A DNA stretch of 63,377 nucleotides, the filler included, from Phoronis australis (taxonomy: Eukaryota > Animalia > Phoronida), in assembly GCA_002633005.1 (NCBI GenBank). It is 3 parts of 3 records of this genome, joined end to end, with 100 filler letters (N's around TTAATTAATTAA, not from the genome) between each part and the next. Parts side by side here need not be neighbours in the genome. Positions count along the whole stretch, not along the records: positions 20,214 to 50,657 come from NMRA01000572.1; 2 more parts are not named here. One strand, given 5' to 3'. The notes under the pieces were generated by a model. It had not been told where the DNA came from, did no database searches, and saw only the letters and a program-made list of their open reading frames with translations. Numbering within the stretch: the first letter of the stretch is position 1; each line of letters begins with the position of its first letter. The translations under genes and the position numbers were made by a program. Positions 35,361 to 50,213 of this stretch are shown one piece after another.

Positions 35361-38241
35361 GCCCGTTTTGTAACTGCAGGTCTGATGACTCATTTTACAG
35401 AATATTAAAGCTAATTAAACTGATATGACAAAGTTTATAACATCAATTTGACTCGAGATCACCACAAACATAGCGCACTCATTGTTTAACCAGTAGGCTG
35501 TTTTTGGCAATTTAGATGTAAAAGTCTTGGTCTACAGTTTTTTTAGTAAAAAAGCTCACTACAGAAGGCTGCTTTGTAAACTTAGATGTAAAAACCTTGG
35601 TCTATGCATTTTTAAGCAAAAAAAATTCACTCTGTGTGTGTGGGGGGGATTGCTGGTGAATGGTTGCAGGGGTGGGGGGTTACGCATCGGAATCACGGAT
35701 GCCTAGCTGGAATATTAGGAACCCCATTTTGGACACCCTATTTTCGAAATCCTGGAAGCCCAGACAGAGATGATGGCAATATGAACTCACATCTGTCTTC
35801 AACATCTCTTGTGATGCTTTTTATTGCCCATCTTTCCAAAGATTATTACGTACAGTTATCAGTCATAATAGATGCTCTTCATTTCGCCTACGGTCTCCTT
35901 TTTATCTCTGGAAACGGAGCTTGCCACGCAGTGGCCTGCCATTTTCAGGACATACGTCAAACATAAAAATATTTGGGTGCAAAATAACACCCAGTGACCA
36001 AATTAGATGTCAATAGATTTTAAGACAGCACTAAAGCCCAGTGGTATTGAGTTACTTTATTGGAGGAGTGAAGCACGCTAATTAGAAAATTGTGATATTC
36101 TGTAATCAGCTTGTGATGAAACACATGTCATGGAGATGTATGTCTAGCTTCAAAGACAATGAGAAAATGCAAGGAACAGATGAGGAGGATCGGTCCTAAG
36201 TTTCACTACGCGACTATCAAAATCTGCCACTGATTTGGCACTTCAAGCTTAAAACTAAAATCAAAAGATAATAACCTGGCACCAAACAAAACATAGTAGT
36301 GTATTAAAATAAAATGAAGAAAACAGTTATGAAACATTGAAAACCAATGATCGTTTGGGAAAATTGGACATTTGACAAGATGAACACATTAGTTATACCT
36401 TTTTAGTTATTTTGTAATACCTAATAGGTAATCAAACCAGTAGTTTGGACTTTTGTGCAAAGGTCAGAGAAAACCAATTTCAGTGTTATTACAACCACCT
36501 TTGTTGAGAAAGTAGTGCCTTTCCGATTCATTAGCTCGAATACAAAGAGTGTGCTGAATGGGCAGTTGTTCAGCTGAGGGCAAAGGGAATCTTAGCTGAG
36601 ACCAGCTAGTGTAAAGGCCCTTTTATATTGACTTAACTCTGGTCTCTGGGCAGATCCAGTGTCCAGGTAAACAGCAAAGTTAAATGGACCATTCATACTG
36701 GCTTCCATAGTTAATGAACATCCAAGTAAACAGTAGGGGACGCTATTGTCATCAGAGTTATCGCAAGGTAGCGCTGTATGCTAAGATTTTTTTCAAAGTG
36801 ACACTTTGGGAACATTCACGTTGTGCTAATTGATTTTAAACTTATTTTTAAATCAACTGGTGATTATTAGAGCAAGATATAAGCAACTACTAGCGATGGC
36901 ACTACCCTGTAATTGTTGACGATAATTACAATGGCACCTGGCGATAGGGCGATAGAAATGGGTCCGCTCTAATTGGGTAGATGTCCTAACTAAATTTCAG
37001 CAGCACCCTAGCAGTCAATGCAAGGAATATGGATGACAGTAGCCATGCACATAGTCACTTGTCACCACCTTTTTTAATTGATTAATCAAATTCTTTTCTG
37101 CAATACTCAATTAAGAAACCAATGACGTGTCAATTGAACTATCAGTGCTCTGGACACAACAGTGCACTTACAGTTAGGGTAATCTCATGAAGCACAGTGC
37201 AGCTTGAGCACCCGGCCAGCAGATTTCCATGTTCAAATCCTGAGTAGCATTCCATAGACGAAATGTATAAGCTCGCATTTGCAGCAAAAATTACTCTTAT
37301 AACGTGAAATGATCGCAATAGAATCTCAGGGGTTACTGGGACTATTAATTTAACACGCTTTTATCAGCGATTTCACTTGGCTGTGGGGGCAATAAACATG
37401 ATAATTACACGTGGTCTGGCAATGGAACTACTTTTAGTGAATGGTGAGATGCACAAAAACTTAATTGTAACACATGCATGTTTGTGGATGGTATAACCAC
37501 CAAATATCTGTGTCGTGCAGGAACCGCCATTCAGCATTGATCGTAATGTGGTGGTCTTAAAAAGTTCACTATAATTCTCGTGGGAAACGGATGGAATTTT
37601 GAAGCAAAAACCTTCTGTAAATTTTCAACAATTTTAGTGTCGTTTTTCATCCAACTTCATTCCGGATTTTCGGCATAACTGCCGACAAAAATTGTTAACT
37701 CTTAAAATCAGCGTCAATTTTCATCAGGATTTTCACTTTACGACAAAATGTGCTTGAACACAGTTACCCATCGCTCTCATTTTGAAACGGCAAAAAAACC
37801 ACGAAACTTTACAGTTCACACATGTGCTCACGAGACCCACGAGAATGAATTACTTAGAATACTGTGGCGCTGCGCAAATTAGACCGTTGCAGATTCATAA
37901 ATTCGTGAAATTTGTTACTTTCTCAGGAAATTTAGCTCAAGTTAAAAGATATTCAACGCTAATTTCTGTGTATTTACTTTGAAATTATAAGTGTAAATTA
38001 AATTCTTAATGGGTATAAAATTTAAAACAAAGAAAACTGCTTTACCGTTAAGTAATACTAAAAGTTACTTGAAACTCGACTGATCTGACCAAAGTGAACT
38101 CGGCTAAAATTTCACTGATATTTACGGAGAGAGCAAATAGAGGGCAAAATTTTCTGAAGATTTCGAATTTTCTATTAGTTTATTTCCACCAGAAGAGCAC
38201 AAAAGTGATAACAGACATTTTGTTTCGTTAGGCAACTCTTA

Positions 38242-41200
38242 CAGCACACATCACGAATTTTTGGCCGACCGGTCGGAAATTGGTCGACGACCGGCCGTCG
38301 ACCGGTCGTCTAGCCGACCAGCAGCCGTCCAACAACGGTCGGCTAGGAGCCGTCTGCTTAGTCGCCTCTGTGGTCGGCACTTGGGTCGGCTAATTGGTCG
38401 CCTAGCGTAGACGACCAATTCGGATTAAGCGTGTCCTTGGTCGGCAATTACCATTTTATGACTTTCCGGGTGAACTTTGGACATACAAACATTTAACTGT
38501 TCGCTGTTCGTTTACCAGTGGCAACTCCGGTCTTGACATCGGTTTATCAAATTTTGTTCAACTATTAAATGGAGGTAAAATCGAATCAACCTACAAATAC
38601 GAAGTGCGTGGCATTACACAAGCCGAAAACCTTATGTTGGATTAATGACGGCGTGGTAAAATCAAACGTTAAGTGACATAGCGGAAAAATAATTTCTAAC
38701 TTTAGATATCAGACTTTTTATGCAGTGCATTATGCATAAAAACAAGCACGAAATTTGAAAATTACAGCAAAATTGCATAAAAATCAGAATACAACACTGG
38801 ATATTTTACGACCTCAAATGTTTTCATGCCGCGGATTGCTTAACAAGCAGCACGCATTTGCGCTCATCCGTTATTGCTCTTGATCATCACTTCATCACGC
38901 TGTATATTGCGCTTTACCATAGATAATTATTGTTTATTTCTGTATATTTTCTTAATATGTTGGTACAGCAATAGAACCCAAGTTTATTTTAGGAACGATA
39001 TAAGCAATGGTTTGAACATAGCGCCGATATTAAATCATGGGCGCATGAAAACGGAAGACTGTGATCGGTTTATAGTGTAATCCATCATCCATCATCATTC
39101 TGAAATTGTTGTCACTTTCGCAGTAAAAATTTTTTCGAAGCTAGAGCCTTCCTATCTAGCCAGCTAGCTGTGAAGACTATTTTCAAAATACAGCAAGGTG
39201 CCACTGCGTATTGAGCTCAAACAGACCTCGAAATTTCACACAGCCCGGATAGTTACTTGTACGCTTGTCACCTCGTCGAAAAGCTTGTATCAACATGAGC
39301 TCAAGACCGGCAAGTTTGCATGCAAACTCTGGAAGCCAATTGGCATTCAAGTTGCCCGTTACGGCCGTTTAAACGAAAAACATCCGACGTCATCTTCTTG
39401 CGTAATTCTCTGCCTTTTGTAACGAAAAAACGTATGTCGTCGTTTTGAAAAGAGTTCATTCGTGACACGCGCCACTTTCAAAATGTTTTCGACATCTCCC
39501 ATTATATGGTGACAACATCTCAGCAAAATTTGGTTCACTGATATCAAAATTCCAAAAACATATAATGAAGTGAAACCAATTCTGATCATTTGTCTTGACG
39601 TTTACGCAACCTCGAGGGAGAACGTTTGATTGAAGAATCTGGGAAAAAGAAACTGACTAATAGGTGACGCAATATTTCATTGCGTCGAAAGTCGACGCAA
39701 AAGGTTATACCCTAATTTTAGCAGCAGAATAATTGTAGAAAACCAAATTTTGCAACGCTGGTAAATAATTTAGATTATTCTAGGAAGATTTTATTCGGTC
39801 AGTTTTTACCCACAACGGCGCAAATTTGTATATTTAATTTAGTAAACACCTTCGTACCAAGGCTAGAGCCTTCCGAGCCCTTTGGCGTAAGAACACAATT
39901 GTTGGCGTTTCGCGTATACTCCAGGGGGTAAAACTTTGAAAATAATATTTTCGGGGTAACCTGGTACAGGTAATCCTAAAAAACTTGTCTGTGTTTTCAT
40001 GTAGAGCGTAAAAATTATTAACCCAGTGATTCAAAAAGAACACTCTCGCAAACGAAAACGCACAAAATTTTCAGCTCTATTACCCTGGTTAAAAAACAAC
40101 TTCTATAAGTTTATTGCATCGGATTCTAGTGATCACCAGGGCAAGTCAAAACTCTTAAGGGGGCGCAATTTCAAACCTTTGGCATGAATCAGTGATATAA
40201 AAATGGAATTAGACCGACTTTAATTCATCAGCAATGTAGACACAACAGTTACAGACACTGACTGCGTTTGTTAACGTCTTGTGGCAATGATAAAAATAAA
40301 TGTTTCTACTATGATTGATAACAAGTTTTACTCTGATGAGGTATGATGCAATATACATGTCTAATATGCAGATCGGCAGTTGCAAAAATATTTACTGGAT
40401 TTAATGAATCCGTTTGATATGAACCACTGTAAAAGTATGATTACTAATTGTACATTCGAAGCACGCCTCATTAGACTAAAAACATACACACACATGCTTG
40501 ATGATCCTGGGAGTACCTCTAGGCATGAATGAAGATATATAGTTGTTAAGCCATAGAGGATAATAAGGCTTACATAATATCACACTGAGCCATCTACACC
40601 AGGCATATACAAAGGATACAGTATTTCAAAAGAATCCACAACTACTCATTTTTCATAGTCATAACTACTCATTTTTCATAGTATTACTAAATCACGAACA
40701 CCTAGATTTATATAAGAAGTTACACAGAACGCTGCTACACAACTTGCTCTCTCACATTTATGGGAGGCCTAATTTGCAACATTTAACAACATATATTTTC
40801 TATACAAGATTAAAACCAAGCAAAACATGTTAACTCTCCAGGACCAAAGATAAATATCTCAAAACCAGAAATTTTACTTAAGCAGGAATTAAAACAATCC
40901 AATACATTGAGATTGTTTTCACACAGAAGACCAAAAAAAAACAAAAAAAGACTAAAATTCACCACGTCAAGACTGAAATTTATCACATCAGCACCTATAA
41001 TGTATCAAGTGAGGACCAAAAATTCTTCACTTCAGGATCAAAATAAAATACGACCGAACTGAAAATTTAATAAGCCACGTTCAAAAACTTACCACGTCAG
41101 TAACTTTACACGCCAGAACACCCCGTCACCATCCCCAAGCATTGATCCTTCAAAGTGATAATGTTCGTACTATACGTATAAACAAGGGCTAAATGTTCAA

Positions 41201-43376
41201 CCTCTTGTCGACAAGACATATTATCTTGGAAATGCGGTTGAATTTCTTTCGTCTAATCCACGTTTTACAATAGATGCCAATGTATAGGTACACACTGGAT
41301 TGCCATCATTGCATAATGGGTGACCACGTAGTCTCCGGGCATGAAAAGAATTCTCTCCTGGCGTGATAAGTTTTCTGACGCAATAAATCCTGGTTGTCAA
41401 TTGTTTTTGATTCTACAGAGATTTCAATTCCTGAATAGAAAATGTGTGTTCTGAATTTTTCCGCTTCAGCTTTCCATTCAGCTAACTATTGCACATCACC
41501 GTGTTTTTACTATCCCGTGGCGGCTCCACTGCCGTCAACGAATCACTTCTGGTACAACCTTCCGTAAATGACGTTCGTATTTTGCACATTTCTTCGGGGT
41601 AACAGTTTTCCAAGAGCTATATGATCAACGGACAAGTTTCTGTTTGGTATTCGGTTTTATTTTCTTTTTCAGGTAGTCCTTGAGCTCATGCTCTGAATGT
41701 TTTGAAAACGCAACTCTTTCTTTACGCAGATACGTTTTCTGCCCGTGGCACCGACTCGGTGAATTCATCAACCAAAATATTTTTTTGAAAATGCCGTCAA
41801 AAGTGTACTTTTTTAAAACACCGTTTTGACCATAGTCGTCAGTGTAGAAAAGCGAAATGAACAAATTTGTAAACACTGCTCAAAGCACTTTTGTGGACAT
41901 ACGGAAACGCCAACGTCTTTGTCTTACAACGCTGCGTGTGCTTGGCATTTCTGATAAAGCGTTCTCATAATGGAAACTTTTTTAAGACTGAGCACCATTT
42001 CAAAAAATTGTATTTTTTCTTACAGCTGAGCACAGAAGAATTATTTTGTGATTTTAGGAATGAAACGGAACCAAATCTCGAGTGGTGACTGATTAGAATT
42101 GGCAAAACTCGGGGAGGGGTGGCGTTACAAGCCAAACATGTAGTTGCCACTTCTCATTCAGCGTCACTTACTACCTGAGGTGGCCAGATCATACGCTATA
42201 AATATCACCAGACGCTTTGCTTCTCAAAAGTGCACCTTGATGTATTTTCTATCATTTTTTGCCATCGCAATCGCTTTACCAAAGATTCACGCACATATGC
42301 CGCGTAGAGACAATACCTCTTCACCACGTATTCACATCTTCCCGTTCACAATTGTTTTATTTTACATAATTTGTCAATATGTTGTTGACAGAAAGTGTTT
42401 ATTTTTGGAACAACGTGAACGACCAACTGATAGGGGCCTACGTGTACATGTAACTAGCCCAGATTTTAACGTCACCGATACATGAAAACAGAATGCGCAA
42501 AGCTACAATTGGCTGTAGCCTCAACAGTGGTCATTCCGTGTTTGATGTCACCGTCATAGTTCGTGGAAATCGTAACCATAGTATGATTTCGAAGTTAGAG
42601 CCGTAGAAGTCCATGGGTTTAGGGCATACTGGACCGTGAATTTCGCCGGGTCAATACTATGAAAATAAAATCCCCGGAGTGAGAACTCTTCGCGGTGTAA
42701 CAACTCACTCACTAATCCTTCATCATGGGCGCGTGATAGGAGACCGGTGAATAACTTAAAACACGCAAAAACGATGCAGTTTGGCGTTACACAAACAAAA
42801 TCAATTGTGGGCGAAGACTGCGAAAAACAGCCGCGTTTACAAAATGACTATACAGCGTTGTATTGACCGGGAAGCAACCGATCTAATACAATTTGTTAAC
42901 GTCAGGAGTCAAATTAAAGATCAAATGTAAAGAAAACTTTCACGTTTTTCATCCAAAACTTGTTGCATTGTCCATAATCCAATGTTTACTAATGCCGCTT
43001 GCCTTCAACCTTCGAAGTAGTGGTGTTACACAACCGACGTGAACTCATGTAACCGAGACAGCAAAACTAGGTTAATTTATTTGACCCTGTGCTAAGACGA
43101 ATATGCATCGACACGCAAAGTGGTATGAGCCTGACAACCTATTACGCAACTGCTACTCTAGCCTAACAATAGCAGCCGACCAGCTGGTCGTCTGATGGCC
43201 GGTCGGCTAAAGGGTCGGCTGAAGGGTCGGCTGCGGGGTCGCCTTATGAGTCGGCACTGCGGGCGGCTGCTGGTCGGCTAATTTTTAGCCGACCGGTCGG
43301 CTAATTTGCCGACCGGTCGACGGCCGGTCGTCGACCAATTTCCGACTGGTCGGCCAAAAATTCGTGATGTGTGCTG
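38242..43376. mobile_element. About 5.1-kb DNA transposon with about 68-bp TIRs, TA target duplication and GC-rich subterminal repeats; no intact ORF
   Basis: TA|CAGCACACATCACGAATTTTTGGCCGACCGGTCGGAAATTGGTCGACG... and ...CGTCGACCAATTTCCGACTGGTCGGCCAAAAATTCGTGATGTGTGCTG|TA; multiple GCCGAC/GTCGGC motifs near both ends. Confidence 0.88.
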
Positions 43377-46039
43377 TATCTAATGCCATCAGCTATGTAT
43401 TAGCGTGAAATTGCATGTTACCCGCCAAATAAAGGCACGTGGTTTACTCAGGAATTTCGACCAATCAAAAATGTCAGGGGAGGATTTTCGGGCTGGTCTA
43501 TCACGACAAAAAACATGTTATGTCCTCTTTTAATCTTTAGTGCCAAAGATGTGTTTGGAGTCTTCACAATCCTTTTCCAACACATGATAATATTATTTGG
43601 ACATATTTTGATGTAAAGTTTATGGGAACATGGTTGATTGACCTGATTTTAAAAGCATTTTTTCATTCCAGCTTGACTCCGGTACCAGAGGAGCATTGAA
43701 GGCAAGCTTTTGACGGCAAGTAGATACCTGCCACTTATGAAAATCCGACCGTTATTTGGTTATTTCCAAATCAAGTTGAACACTCGGCCCTCTTCATTGA
43801 GTTGTAAACGTGTTGCGTGAACATGGGATAACGTCTTTCAATAATTCAGAACCGATCTTTGACGCGTTTCAATGGCTGGTGTTTTCGGCTACTTTTGCAA
43901 TTTTTTTAATGAGACAGCAAAAAATTCAAACCACGGCATTAATATGTGATGAATTAAAAAAGTCAAAGCGATGTTTCATTCACTAGTGACCAACTTACCG
44001 AATTTGGGATGCAAAAACATTTATTTTTCATGCAAGCTGTCTTGATTAGCCTATTACAATATCCCCAATGAATAAATCTCACTGCGGCACTGGTCGATCC
44101 CGCTGCTTGCGCGCAATGTCCCGACAGACCGTGACTTGGAAATGCGTCTCTTTTTTAAGGCAAGACAGCAAATAAATTCACTAGCCGTTCCATACTTTCT
44201 GGGCCCGGGCTGAGCACGCGCGTATGTATGACTCACCTGTCACTCGCATATGTTGCTGTCAATGTAGCATGCATGCCAACGATTCATGTGTGGGAACATA
44301 CACGCGCGCCACTTCAAAGTCGCACATCCAACGAGAATAGCGACAGTACTGACTGAGAGAGTATACCTGCCTCCTATTCAGTGACGCTAGGACCTCGCTA
44401 AAAAACAAGACTTCACGAAAATTTTTGACGTGAGATATTGCCGTGTATTTTGAATGAGAGCACGTGACTATATTTTAGCTAGGTCCTAGTGTTCGACTCT
44501 GTACCAGATAAGTTTCAGTGACCCAGGTGTTAATTTTACTTGACAATGAACTTAGAACTCCTGGGGTTATAAAAGACCCGTTGCTTTATGATATTCCATG
44601 GGCCCAAAGTTCCCCAGAACTGTGTTGCTCTAGGGTCGTTGTTCCAGGCCGTAGCCACCTTTCAGCGAGCAACTCCCTCCCAGTAGTGCCAATTTTGATT
44701 CCTCAGGTCGCCAGTCGACCACATAGATTTTTCAGGCTCAATTCTCTGGGAAGAATTTTGTTCTGGCTGAAGCTGGCCAGTGTTAAGATACAAAATTATT
44801 CCGGTTGGCTATACAGGTAGGTGGAAACTATATCTACAAAGACAGGCCTAGGCGGAGCAGTTTGCCCCAAGAAATTGTATCGTAATAGCATTTCTTACTA
44901 TTGCAGTCATTTAGTTTCTAATTACCACAAACATTCACGTAAATTATTCGTCTATAACACCTTTGATTTTTTAGGAAATGCGGTAAGCGCCTACTGCTCT
45001 ACTAAGCTAAGTTTCGAGAAATTTCAATTAAGCACCAAGGCACACAACAAAAACTGCCAGTGACATTAATTAGGTAAAATCTGCTAACACAAAACCTGGC
45101 TTGCATTTTTTATTATTTCAATACGACACACAATTACCCAGTAACATAGGCAGCAAATTAACCCTGTGAGGCACACTGACCTTTCCCGTCTCTACAGGAT
45201 CCTTGGTAACCAGGCAAAATACAATTCCAGAAAATAAAGTCAGGGAAATTTCATCAAAATAGAGAGAATGTGACACCTTTCCGTGAGGTATGAGAATTGT
45301 TCAAAATCTGAGAGCTTCCCTTCTAAATTGAATTGGGAGTGTTGGCAAAACTACTGTCAAATTTGAACTGTGACCTGGTTTTTTTCAAATACATGTTTTA
45401 TCTCGTGCGTCAGAAAATAAGCGCGGCAGACGACATCTCAGAAAGCGGAGCCTTCTGAGGGCGGCATGGTTCCTGAAGTTTGCCAACATGGGAAGAAAAT
45501 AAAGTGACGAAGAGTTCAAGTATTATACTTTGAAGTAATTGCATCACCCGGGAAAATAATTTGTTACTTGTTATAATTCACATTGCCACCACCGTTTCGG
45601 AGGCCATCGTTGCACTCGTTGTTATCGTCGATCTAAATCTCTAATAATTCAAACACTAGACTTTCTTCTCTAATAGTTCGTACGGCCAATTTTGTCTCTA
45701 TTAATTGGTACATGAAGCTCTCAAGGGAAAAATGGTTCGTACACTAGTGTACGAACTTATAGAGAAAACATCGTTTTTAATTTGGACACAAAGACAAACA
45801 CAGACATCAATTGCTGCTGCCCTGTCATATGAATAATGTAAAGTAAACTAGAATGAGTCAACTGAAACACATCTTGCAAGTTCTATTTTGTCAAATTTCT
45901 CCACAAAAATAAAGATTTAGAAATTTTAAGTCTATTTATAACATGGTTTTTCTCTGTAGATGGCAAAAAATATTTTTTGCTAAATTTACGATGCAGTAAA
46001 GTAGCAAGCATTTGGAATGGAAAAATGACAATTTTGGCA

Positions 46040-46393
46040 TTTTTGTGTGAAATAAGTGGTGGATGACCATACACTTGTGTGAAGTGAGTGGCCGAGGGAT
46101 GACCATACATTTGTGTGAAATAAGTGATGGATGATCATAGATTTGTGTGAAATAACCAGTGGATGACCACATTTGTGTAAAATAAGTGGTGGATGACCAT
46201 ACACTTGTGTGAAGTGGTGGATGGCCATACATTTGTGTGAAATAAGTGATGGATGTCCATACATTTGTGTGAAATAACCAGTGGATGACCATACATTTGT
46301 GTGAAATAAGTGGTGGATGACCATGCACTTGTGCGAAATCAGTAGTAAATGACCACATTTGTGTGAAATAAGTGGTGGATGACCATACATTTG
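46040..46393. repeat. About 30-33-bp minisatellite (TTTGTGTGAAATAAGTGGTGGATGACCATACA) x about 11
   Basis: Directly visible. Confidence 0.92.
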
Positions 46394-49300
46394 CTTCGAT
46401 GGCTTCAGCTACACAACTTTTCATAAAACAAGATAGTTCATGCAGGAATGAAATGCCTGGAATACTGCCACGTATTCACCTGGTTGAATTGAAATGAATC
46501 GCAAGCATTTGCTGAATCTGGGGTAATTAGCAAATCTTTAATGAGAACAGCACCTGATGTCTGTGCTTTAGGCATGATGATCAGTCAGCAACAAGCAAAT
46601 GTGGTATCTGGAGATGCACAAGTGTTGAAATACTGTAGTCTACACGAGATACTTTCATGACGAAGGATGCTGATTAACGAGCAGGCACAGAATAACTTTT
46701 GCCAAGACGGTTAAAAGATTACTATTACAAACAATAGCAACTGCGAATGTGCAAATCCGCCATCTTGAATTTGCCACCGCAGTTGCATTATGGGAAATTT
46801 ATGCCTCTATAGCTTGACAACCGATTGTGTACAGTGTTGCCGGGTGTTGTTGTAATAAAGGTTTAGCACAGAAGCGGTCAATAAAGTTATTTTATTTGAA
46901 TTCTTATCCAAAAATTAATATTAAACAAATAAATAGCGCAGAAAGCATGCAACTGTATTTTATGATAGAAATATTTCGGAAATGAATAAAGTCAACATTG
47001 CCGCATCCCACCTCCATCGACTATGACTCTGGAACCTGGTCTGCAATCTCCGTCAGGCTCATACTCATACTCGAGATTTCATACTCAAAATCGTGCTCAC
47101 TGGAGTCGTAGGGGTAGTCGAAAAAGCGTATTTTTATTGTCACATTTCAAGTAGACTCCAAACGGGTACTCAAATCTGAGAATCGTACGCGAGTTACTAT
47201 GCCGGAACTCTTCAGTTATGATGTGAAATGCAAAACCATGAAAAGTCGCGCTGATTCAGTGCTCCCTATATTCGCATCGACTACCCATGCAGCTAGCCAC
47301 TATGTTATCGTCAGCTCTCGCTACAATTACAGGAGTATAACGTGGAATGCTGAGTGTTCTGTAACTGTTCAATACAATATTCTCCTACCATTTCTTGACA
47401 CATTTGCCTAAAAGCTTTACTTCTTGAGTTCCTTATCTTCCGCCGGAAAATGTCTCAAGAAATTAGAAACAGCTTATCAAAGAAATTAGTCGGCCGGAGT
47501 GGAGCAGCCAAAATCTCAGTGTCTGATTTAGTCGGGGGTCATTCTCCCCGGCATACACTTGACTCATTACTCCTAAAATTGGCATGGTCGCACCAACGAC
47601 TGACGGCATATTGAAATTATCTTTTTCATTTATGCAGTGGTGGGCTGGTGAACCCGGTACGGGAGTCGGGTACCATATCACAGGCCTGCAATTAACATTT
47701 TTAAGGGAGAGTTCGAATTGCACATTTTCTTTGACAGGAGGTCGAATGTCAAACATTTGTAACTTAATTGGCAGCAGTGTTCTTTTCTAGTAAACCAGTT
47801 GTCCACGTCGTCAGCCTGAAACTCCGAGTCAACATTTTGGCCGCAGTTGTTACTGGTCAACCCCTGTTCTCTCTTGCATAGAACCCATTGCCATGTAGGC
47901 CTATCTGCTGATGTCAAAACTTTGATACTGTATCTTTGCATTTTAGCGGGATGTATCAAGTTAGCTGACATTTGGCACGCAAGTTAAAAACACTACATGT
48001 AGTACACTGTAGGCAGACATTCAGAGTTCATCAGTGAATGGGAAAAGACGTATACTCATAAATCAGCAAAAACTCTGGAATATCATTCGGGGATTGAGGA
48101 ATTATCGATGACTAAACTATTCCGTGAAATCTGACAGGGAAGCAAATTGTTTTCACTTTCCTTAGGAAACTATACAAACCTTTGCACACGCACTTCAATC
48201 ACGGCAATACCCGCCCCACAAGTGAGCTGCCTTTGACCCTTGTAATGACTCGTCGATATGGGATTAGCCAGTTGCCAGGAATCGTAGTAAGAAGGACTTT
48301 AAAAATTGGCGGCAATGCAGTGAGTATGACGTGTGAGTCTGAGTATGATTTGACACTGTGTACGGAGGTTGGAGACCGGGGCATATAAGCACATGTCTTG
48401 AATTGTACAAATTTTTAAAATTATAATCTTAATAAGATACTGACTGAGAATTTGTAACATATTTTTCTCGTCTCTATAATTGAAAATGGAAGCTAAACAA
48501 AATAATCTCTTCTGTATAGAAACTCTCAAGGGGCTGCTGCTAGGCATACAAATTATCCCAGAATGCAACAGAGAGGAACTGGTGTGTCGGGCATGCGCAT
48601 TGAGATTTGCACATTCACTATTGAAATGTGAATTTCAGGGCACCATTATGAAAATTTCAAATAAACAGTATGTTACTGTCTCCCTGACATACAGGCAATT
48701 GGGCAACAGCCATTCAGACACACAAGTTATGTATATTTATTTGGCTCAACACATTTTGAATTATCTTTACTTTTGCCAATAAACCAGGATCAATTTTTGG
48801 GATTGAACTTATGTGATAAATTAGAATCAACAGGGCACTGAATGCATTGTCTGACTCCAGGATTGTATAATTGACCACACTAGGGATAAAACCACTGCAA
48901 ACCCCCTTCCCAGTTGACAAGTACCCTAAGCAATGAATAGACATGTTATGATGAAATCAATGTCCATTCATTCAGTTCATACAAATAATGTCAACCAAGC
49001 AATCCCTTTTACAAGATATTAAATCACATTTCATAATCACCTTTTGCTCAAGTTGAGTACAGGCTACATAAACAACTACTAGCTGTGTTATGTAATTCAG
49101 TGATACCTCAACAAAGGAGCACAGCACTCAGAAGCTGCAAATAACCATGAAGGTGAAATTAAATGAAAAAAGACGATTTCAAATATGATGTGTGTGACAC
49201 CATCTACCACAAATGATCAGCAAAATAGATGGGCATGAGCTGTCTTACAACATCTCTTGTGGCGCTTTTTTATTGCCCATCTTACCAGAGATTACCATTT

Positions 49301-49754
49301 TTTAGTTTTATTATCTGTATTCACTATAGTTACTTTAAATTCTATTCATCATAACAAATGACCTTATATCACCTACCTCGGTCTCCTTTTCATCTCTGGT
49401 AACGAGCTTGCGATGCACGTATCATTTATCTATTATTCGGGACATATGTCGATCATAAATATGATGTGCGAGACACCATCTACCATAAATGATAAGCAAA
49501 ATATGATGTACGAGACACCACCTACCATAAATGATAAGCAAAATAGAGCAATAAGTCAATAAAAGAGCAGTTACAGGCAAATCAAAAAAAATCATGAATA
49601 ACTCCAGGACCGTAAGTCATGACAAGAAAGCAATAACACACACCAAAGAGCAATTGAGGAGAGTTTTATAGATACCAAATTTAAAAAGGTTCCTTAAAAA
49701 ATAGACAATTACCATAGTCTAAATCAAAAATTGTTTTTAAAAATTAGTAATGGC

Positions 49755-49924
49755 TTACATGTGCTTTAGCCATGAAGTTTTCACTAACAGTTCATCTTAC
49801 ATGTGCTTTAGTCATCAAGTTTTCACTAACAGTTCATCTTACATGTGCTTTAGCCATCAAGTTTTCACTAACAGTTCATCTTACATGTGCTTTAGCCATG
49901 AAGTTTTCACTAACAGTTCATCTT
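49755..49924. repeat. 42-bp minisatellite x4
   Basis: TTACATGTGCTTTAGCCATGAAGTTTTCACTAACAGTTCATC repeated. Confidence 0.92.
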
Positions 49925-50213
49925 CAGACTTTCTAATATTGTCACACATTAGGCAAATGTTATCCTGACAAGATTTGAACGCTAGTGGATGAGAAAACGT
50001 GGATTGTGTGCCCCACAGTATCCAATGAATTCCTTGGCACGTCAAGGGCTTGATGGTGCCATCAGGGATTGAAGAGAGCAAGTAGCTGTTCATGAGGAAT
50101 GTAGACCGGCAGCCCAGAGCACTTAGCATAGATGAACGAGGTACCAACATCTGACCACGGGAGCATTTAAAGTCCACCTCAGTATGTACAGAAATGGACG
50201 TCTGCCGTTGTCT

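Noticed and set aside
45883-46424. His/Cys-rich ORFs of 130-160 aa
   Set aside because: Translations of a minisatellite of about 32 bp.
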